DNA from: Gemmatimonadaceae bacterium
GTDB lineage: Bacteria; Gemmatimonadota; Gemmatimonadetes; Gemmatimonadales; Gemmatimonadaceae
Assembly (NCBI GenBank): GCA_040902005.1
Contig: JBBDYA010000112.1
Location: forward strand, 1-29,830
Direction of reading: 5' to 3'
Length of the DNA: 29,830 nt
Shown: positions 25,544-29,830 of the stretch, piece by piece
How positions within the stretch are numbered: position 1 is the stretch's first letter
How the letters are laid out: every line of letters starts with the position of its first letter
The notes under the pieces: model-generated
Told to the model about the DNA's origin: nothing
Seen by the model: the letters and a program-made list of their open reading frames with translations, nothing else
The model's database searches: none
Program-made: the position numbers and the translations under genes

Positions 25544-27186
25544 TCAGGCGTGGGGGTGGGGGTCCGCGCGCTGCGGAATTCGGCGTCGGCGTTCCACGTG
25601 GGCACGCCGGGCGTGTTCGCCAGCAGACGCCCGAACTCCAGCACGATCTCCGACAGCTGCGCCGCGCCGCTCAGGTCGAAGCCCGGACGGTACTCGTCCG
25701 ACGGCTGGTGATAGCGGTTGGCCGTGTAATCCTCCTGCTGCTGCAACCCCCATTCGGGAGGACGTCCCACGTAGTCGTTGCCGGCCGCGATCGAGATCGC
25801 GGGAATCCCCGCCTTCGCGAAGGAGAAGTGATCCGACCGGTAGAAATAGCCGCGCTCCGGATACGCATCCGGCGTGAGCCGGATGGACGACGGGCGCACG
25901 AACTCGGCGAGCGCGGGACCGAGACTGCTCTTGGTATCGCCCAGCACGCGCAGGTCGCGGAACCGCCCCAGCAGATTGCCGCCGTCCACGTTCAGGTTCG
26001 CGATGATCCGGTGCGCCGGCACCGTGGGGCGCTCCGCGAAATAGGCGGACCCAATGAGCCCTGATTCCTCCGCGGTGACGAATACGAAGACCAGTGACCG
26101 CCGGGGCGCGGGTCCCGCGGCCGCGGCGCGCGCTACGGCCAGGAGGTCTGCCGTGCCCGACGCGTTGTCGAGCGCGCCGTTGTAGATCGAGTCGCCGCGC
26201 ACCACGGGGCCGACGCCGAAGTGATCCCAGTGCGCGCTGAACGCCACATACTCGTCGCGCAGCGCCGGATCGCTCCCGCGCACGATCCCCACCACGTTGT
26301 GGCTGCGCAGATCCTTCACGTCGTTCCGGAACGCGAGGTCCATCATGATGCCGGTCGCCACGGGGCGGAAATCGCGCCGCATCGCGCGCGCGCGCAGCGC
26401 GGCGAGGTCGAGCCCGGCCTGCTGGAGCATCGCGCCCGCGGCGGCATCCGTGATCCAGCCGCGCACGCCAAGCGGCGCCGGGGCGCTCGCCGGCCGGGGC
26501 GCCATGCGGTTCTCCCTGGACCACGATCCCACCACCGTCTGCCATGGGTACCCGGCATCCGCGGTGGTGTGGATCACCAGCATGCCGGCCGCGCCACGGC
26601 GCTCCGCCTCCTCGAACTTGTACGTCCAGCGCCCGTAGTACGTCATGGCCTTGCCGCCGAACAGCTCCGGCTCGCCGGCCGGCGCTGGCGGATCGTTCAC
26701 CAGCACGAGCAGCACCTTGCCGCGCACGTTCACGTCCTTGAAGTCGTTCCACCGGTATTCCGGCGCGGTGGCGCCGTAGCCCACAAACACCAGCTCGCCG
26801 CGCGCGCCGCTGGACGGCGCCGCGCTCCCCGCCCACACCACCACGTCCTCGGGGTGACGGAACCGCGCCGTGGCCTTGCCAGACGCGGCGATGGACATGG
26901 TGGACGCATCCGAGGTGACCACGTTGATCGGCACCGGCTGCAGATACGACCCGCTGTCCGCACCGGGCGCGAGACCGAAGGCACGCAACTGACTCTCGAG
27001 GTACGCGGTGGTCAGTCTGCCGCCGCGGGTCGCCGGGGCGCGTCCCTCCAGCAGATCGGAGCTGAGAAACCTCAGGTACCCATCGATCTCCGCGGACGTG
27101 ATGCGCGGCGCAACTACATCGGATGGTTGCGCCAGGAGGAGATGCGGAACGCAAAGTGCAGAAAGTGCAGCTGGAAGGAGTCGCAT
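25540..27186 (-). CDS. M28 family metallopeptidase with PA domain, secreted (548 aa)
   Basis: Signal peptide from ATG 27186; LSSDLLEGRAP, FVGYG (PA), SAHWDHFG, NGALDNASG, TAEESGLIGS, NLNVD, RSDHFSF, YHQPSDE. Confidence 0.93.
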   Translation of the reverse strand: MRLLPAALSALCVPHLLLAQPSDVVAPRITSAEIDGYLRFLSSDLLEGRAPATRGGRLTTAYLESQLRAFGLAPGADSGSYLQPVPINVVTSDASTMSIAASGKATARFRHPEDVVVWAGSAAPSSGARGELVFVGYGATAPEYRWNDFKDVNVRGKVLLVLVNDPPAPAGEPELFGGKAMTYYGRWTYKFEEAERRGAAGMLVIHTTADAGYPWQTVVGSWSRENRMAPRPASAPAPLGVRGWITDAAAGAMLQQAGLDLAALRARAMRRDFRPVATGIMMDLAFRNDVKDLRSHNVVGIVRGSDPALRDEYVAFSAHWDHFGVGPVVRGDSIYNGALDNASGTADLLAVARAAAAGPAPRRSLVFVFVTAEESGLIGSAYFAERPTVPAHRIIANLNVDGGNLLGRFRDLRVLGDTKSSLGPALAEFVRPSSIRLTPDAYPERGYFYRSDHFSFAKAGIPAISIAAGNDYVGRPPEWGLQQQEDYTANRYHQPSDEYRPGFDLSGAAQLSEIVLEFGRLLANTPGVPTWNADAEFRSARTPTPTPE

Positions 27187-27203
27187 ACTGAAGACTATTT
27201 CGC

Positions 27204-27225
27204 CTGGTGACTGGTGACTAGTGAC
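27204..27225 (+). repeat. Heptamer tandem repeat (CTGGTGA)2-CTAGTGA-C
   Basis: Read directly, 17 nt upstream of the M28 start codon. Confidence 0.8.
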
Positions 27226-27311
27226 GCATGCTGCTCGCCAGCCGCTGCTGGACATTGCCCACGTTGCCGGACCGCCCACGAGTCAACTACCACACAACAC
27301 AGAGGAAGACC

Positions 27312-27731
27312 ATGCACAAACGCCCCCGCTTCCGCACCATCGCATTGCTGTTGGCGCTCGCGCCCGCCGTGGCCGTTGCGCAGCACTCGTCGCCAGCGCT
27401 CGTCGCGTCACCCGATGCCCCAGTCAGCGCCGTCCCGACGAACGTCGCCCCGACGAACGTCGCGCCGGCGGAAGTCGCGCCCGCTGACGTCGCACCCGTC
27501 GCCGGTCCGCGCCGGGACGTCACCGCGGTCGCCGCGCGCAACGCGGCCCACGCAAGCGACGCCACGTCCACCATGCAGCAGAGCCGCGGATCCAGCCGTC
27601 CGGTGACACTCATGCTCGTGGGCGCAGCCGCCATCGTGGCCGGCTCCCTGATTGGTGATACCGCCGGATCGATATTCATGATCGGTGGCGCTGTTGCGTT
27701 CCTCTACGGTCTCTATCATTACCTCCAGTAG
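27312..27731 (+). CDS. Small exported/membrane protein with P-x-x-V-A repeats and C-terminal hydrophobic hairpin (139 aa)
   Basis: SD AGAGGA then ATG 27312; signal peptide ending AVA|Q; four 15-nt repeat units at 27435-27494; two Gly-rich hydrophobic helices at the C-terminus. Confidence 0.8.
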   Translation: MHKRPRFRTIALLLALAPAVAVAQHSSPALVASPDAPVSAVPTNVAPTNVAPAEVAPADVAPVAGPRRDVTAVAARNAAHASDATSTMQQSRGSSRPVTLMLVGAAAIVAGSLIGDTAGSIFMIGGAVAFLYGLYHYLQ

Positions 27732-27821
27732 CGGTCGCGGACGTTCCCGGGGGTAGTGACCCACGCGGACCCTTCCGCGTTGCTGCGTCGTAATACAGAC
27801 TGGAGTCGCGCGGCACGGCTA

Positions 27822-27838
27822 TTGACTTTTCAAGTCAA
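27822..27838. promoter_or_regulatory. Perfect 7-3-7 palindrome TTGACTT-ttc-AAGTCAA, candidate operator
   Basis: AT-rich exact inverted repeat 45 nt upstream of the patatin-ferredoxin start. Confidence 0.65.
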
Positions 27839-27883
27839 CGCCAAGCGGACAGGGCTGCGCGAGCCGCCCCCGGAGACCATGAG

Positions 27884-29029
27884 ATGACGCCATCCAAAAA
27901 ACCACGGGCACCACGCGGACGCAAAGTGGCGCTCGTGCTCGGCGGCGGCGGAATGAAGGGATTCGCGCACATCGGCGTGCTCAAGGCGTTGCAGGAGCAC
28001 GGGATCACTCCCGCGATCACCGCCGGCACCAGCATCGGCGCGATGGTGGCCGCGGCGAGCGTTGCCGGGATGTCGCCGGAGGAGCTCGCGAAACGCGCGG
28101 AGTCGCTCAAGCGGCGCGACCTGTTCCGCATCAATCACTTCGGCATGCTGATGGACCGCATGAAGTCGCGCTCCATTTACCTGGAAGATCCGCTGCGGGG
28201 GCTGTGCGAAGAGGTGGTTCCGGAGGGCACCTTCGACGGGCTCAAGCTCCCCCTGCTGGTGAACACGGTGGATCTCGAGCGGGGCACACCGGTCGTGTGG
28301 GGGCTGCCCGGCTTGCGTGACGTGAGCGTGCGGGACGCGGTCTACGCGTCGTGCGCGCTGCCGGGATTCTTCCCCCCCGGCCAGGTGGGCGGCCGCACGT
28401 GCGTGGACGGGGGCGTCATCGACAACCTGCCCACCTCGGTGGCCGCGCTCGGCATGGACATCGTCATCGCGGTGGACGTGGGCAGCTCCGACATCGCGCG
28501 GGTGCCGGGGATCGGCGAGTCGGGATTCGCCGCCATCTACATGCGCTCGGCGATGACGATGATGCACTCCCTTCAGCAGTACCCGCTGGAGCGGTGGACC
28601 GCACCGCCGATGCTGCTCATCCGCCCCAAGGTGGGCCGCGACTGGCTGAGCTTCTCGAACAGCGGCAAGCACATTCGCGAGGGATACCGCGCGGCGACCA
28701 AGGCGCTCGAGCACTTCGAGACGTACCTGGAACAGCCCGGCGGCATCTTTCCGCGCAAGCGGGTGGACATCACCGTGGTGCGCGACAAGTGCATCGGCTG
28801 CGGGCTCTGTGTGGCGATCGCCCCGGCCTACATGGGGCTCGACTCCAGCGGCAAGGCGTTCGCGCGCACCACGCAGGTGGAATGGTCGGGCGCGGACGGT
28901 GATTTCGTGCACCAGTGCCCCACGCGCGCGATCGACGCCACGCGCGTGGAGCTCATCACGCCGCCGCGCACCGGGGAGTTCAAGGTGCCGGAGCGTACCC
29001 CCGACGGCTCGAAGGTCGGCGTCCCCTGA
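27884..29029 (+). CDS. Patatin-like phospholipase fused to a C-terminal ferredoxin domain (381 aa)
   Basis: LGGGGMKG oxyanion loop, GTSIG nucleophile, ASCALPGFFPP, DGG; C-terminal DKCIGCGLCVAIAP...HQCPTRAI. SD GGAG at 27872-27875. Confidence 0.9.
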   Translation: MTPSKKPRAPRGRKVALVLGGGGMKGFAHIGVLKALQEHGITPAITAGTSIGAMVAAASVAGMSPEELAKRAESLKRRDLFRINHFGMLMDRMKSRSIYLEDPLRGLCEEVVPEGTFDGLKLPLLVNTVDLERGTPVVWGLPGLRDVSVRDAVYASCALPGFFPPGQVGGRTCVDGGVIDNLPTSVAALGMDIVIAVDVGSSDIARVPGIGESGFAAIYMRSAMTMMHSLQQYPLERWTAPPMLLIRPKVGRDWLSFSNSGKHIREGYRAATKALEHFETYLEQPGGIFPRKRVDITVVRDKCIGCGLCVAIAPAYMGLDSSGKAFARTTQVEWSGADGDFVHQCPTRAIDATRVELITPPRTGEFKVPERTPDGSKVGVP

Positions 29030-29032
29030 CGG

Positions 29033-29830
29033 TCAGCCCCGCGCGGCCGAACTCGCGCGGTCCGCTTCCTTCGCCAGTCGCACGTACATGTCCACCGCCG
29101 CGCGCAACTCCGGAACGGACACGTGCTCATCGTCGCGGTGCGCGAGGTGGATGGAGCCCGGACCGAACAGGTAGGGCGTGCCCCAATTGGTGAGCTTCGG
29201 GATGTCAGTCGCATAGGCGGCCACGCACGTCGGGAATCCCGGCAGCGCCCCCAGACGCGCGAGCGGCACCGTCACGCCGAAGTCGATTTCCGCGCGACCC
29301 CTGACCCAGTGGCGCAGCAGCGTTTTGAGTGCGTCAGGCGCCGTCACCAGCCGCGCCATGAGGCGTGCCTCGGCCACGGGCGCCATCACGTTGTCGGCCA
29401 CGCCGCCGGAGATCACGCCAATGTTGATCGTGGTGGCGCCCAGCTGCTCGTCCGACGGCAGCGGCAGCGACTCGAGCTCAGCCAGCAGCCGTACCAGTTC
29501 CGCGATGGCGGAGCGTCCGAGCTGGGGATACGCGGAATGCGCCGCCTCGCCGCGCGTGCGCAACGTGAAACGCATCGCGCCCTTGGTGCCCAGCGCGAGC
29601 GCGCTCTCGGTGGGTTCGCCGTTGATCAGCACGCGGCTGGTGTTGTCCACCCGGTTTGCCGCCTCCGCGCCGTCGTGCGACACCTCCTCGCCGACGACGA
29701 ACAGCAGCGCGACCGGCCGTCCCTCCGCGCGCAGGCGTTCGGCGGCCACGATCATCGCCGCCGCGATTCCCTTGGCGTCGCACGCGCCGCGTCCCCACAC
29801 GCGTCCATCGCGCACGAGTCCGCCGAACGG
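29033..29830 (-). CDS. M20/ArgE/DapE-family metallohydrolase, 5'-truncated by window edge
   Basis: GRGACDAKG, VGEE, INGEPT, GEAAHSAYP, NIGVISGGVADNV, FGPGSIHLAHRDDEHV; frame stays open to 29830. Confidence 0.9.
   Translation of the reverse strand, partial: PFGGLVRDGRVWGRGACDAKGIAAAMIVAAERLRAEGRPVALLFVVGEEVSHDGAEAANRVDNTSRVLINGEPTESALALGTKGAMRFTLRTRGEAAHSAYPQLGRSAIAELVRLLAELESLPLPSDEQLGATTINIGVISGGVADNVMAPVAEARLMARLVTAPDALKTLLRHWVRGRAEIDFGVTVPLARLGALPGFPTCVAAYATDIPKLTNWGTPYLFGPGSIHLAHRDDEHVSVPELRAAVDMYVRLAKEADRASSAARG

Noticed and set aside
27282..27291. GTCAACTACC resembling an IS200/IS605 (IscB-type) element end
   Set aside because: No following hairpin and no tnpA, tnpB or iscB ORF.
27879..27887. 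Minigene ATG-AGA-TGA overlapping the patatin start
   Set aside because: The SD is only 3 nt from this ATG but 8 nt from ATG 27884; most likely incidental.

Overview
This is a very GC-rich, densely coding bacterial chromosomal segment with about 25 real genes; most other ORFs in the track are antisense or frame shadows. Gene content (ADOP permease, Tat-signal TldD, MoxR cluster, TPR proteins) suggests a diderm of the Gemmatimonadota/Acidobacteriota type, which is inference only. On the + strand, left to right: a membrane protein with a degenerate glycosidase-like barrel, a duplicated MacB/FtsX-type permease, tldD-tldE and a small lipoprotein. These converge on a - strand six-gene MoxR/VWA operon (moxR, DUF58, BatA-like, DUF4175-like, DUF4159, membrane protein). 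The DUF4175-like gene is frameshifted exactly at a G9-T-G11 tract. Further - strand units are TPR / HEPN-like-TM-TPR / ABC ATPase / permease / M16 peptidase; a small APATA-tagged protein plus class D-type sortase behind a sigma-54-like promoter; and M28 peptidase / APC permease / kynureninase-like / 77-aa protein. The right end holds a small exported protein, a patatin-ferredoxin fusion preceded by a perfect palindromic operator, and a truncated M20 hydrolase. Best leads are the sortase-substrate cassette, the exported TldDE next to the MoxR operon with its poly-G switch, the patatin-ferredoxin fusion, and an intergenic motif that occurs twice 20 kb apart. No rRNA, tRNA, CRISPR array or transposase was recognised. 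All family calls come from motif recognition by eye; no searches were run.
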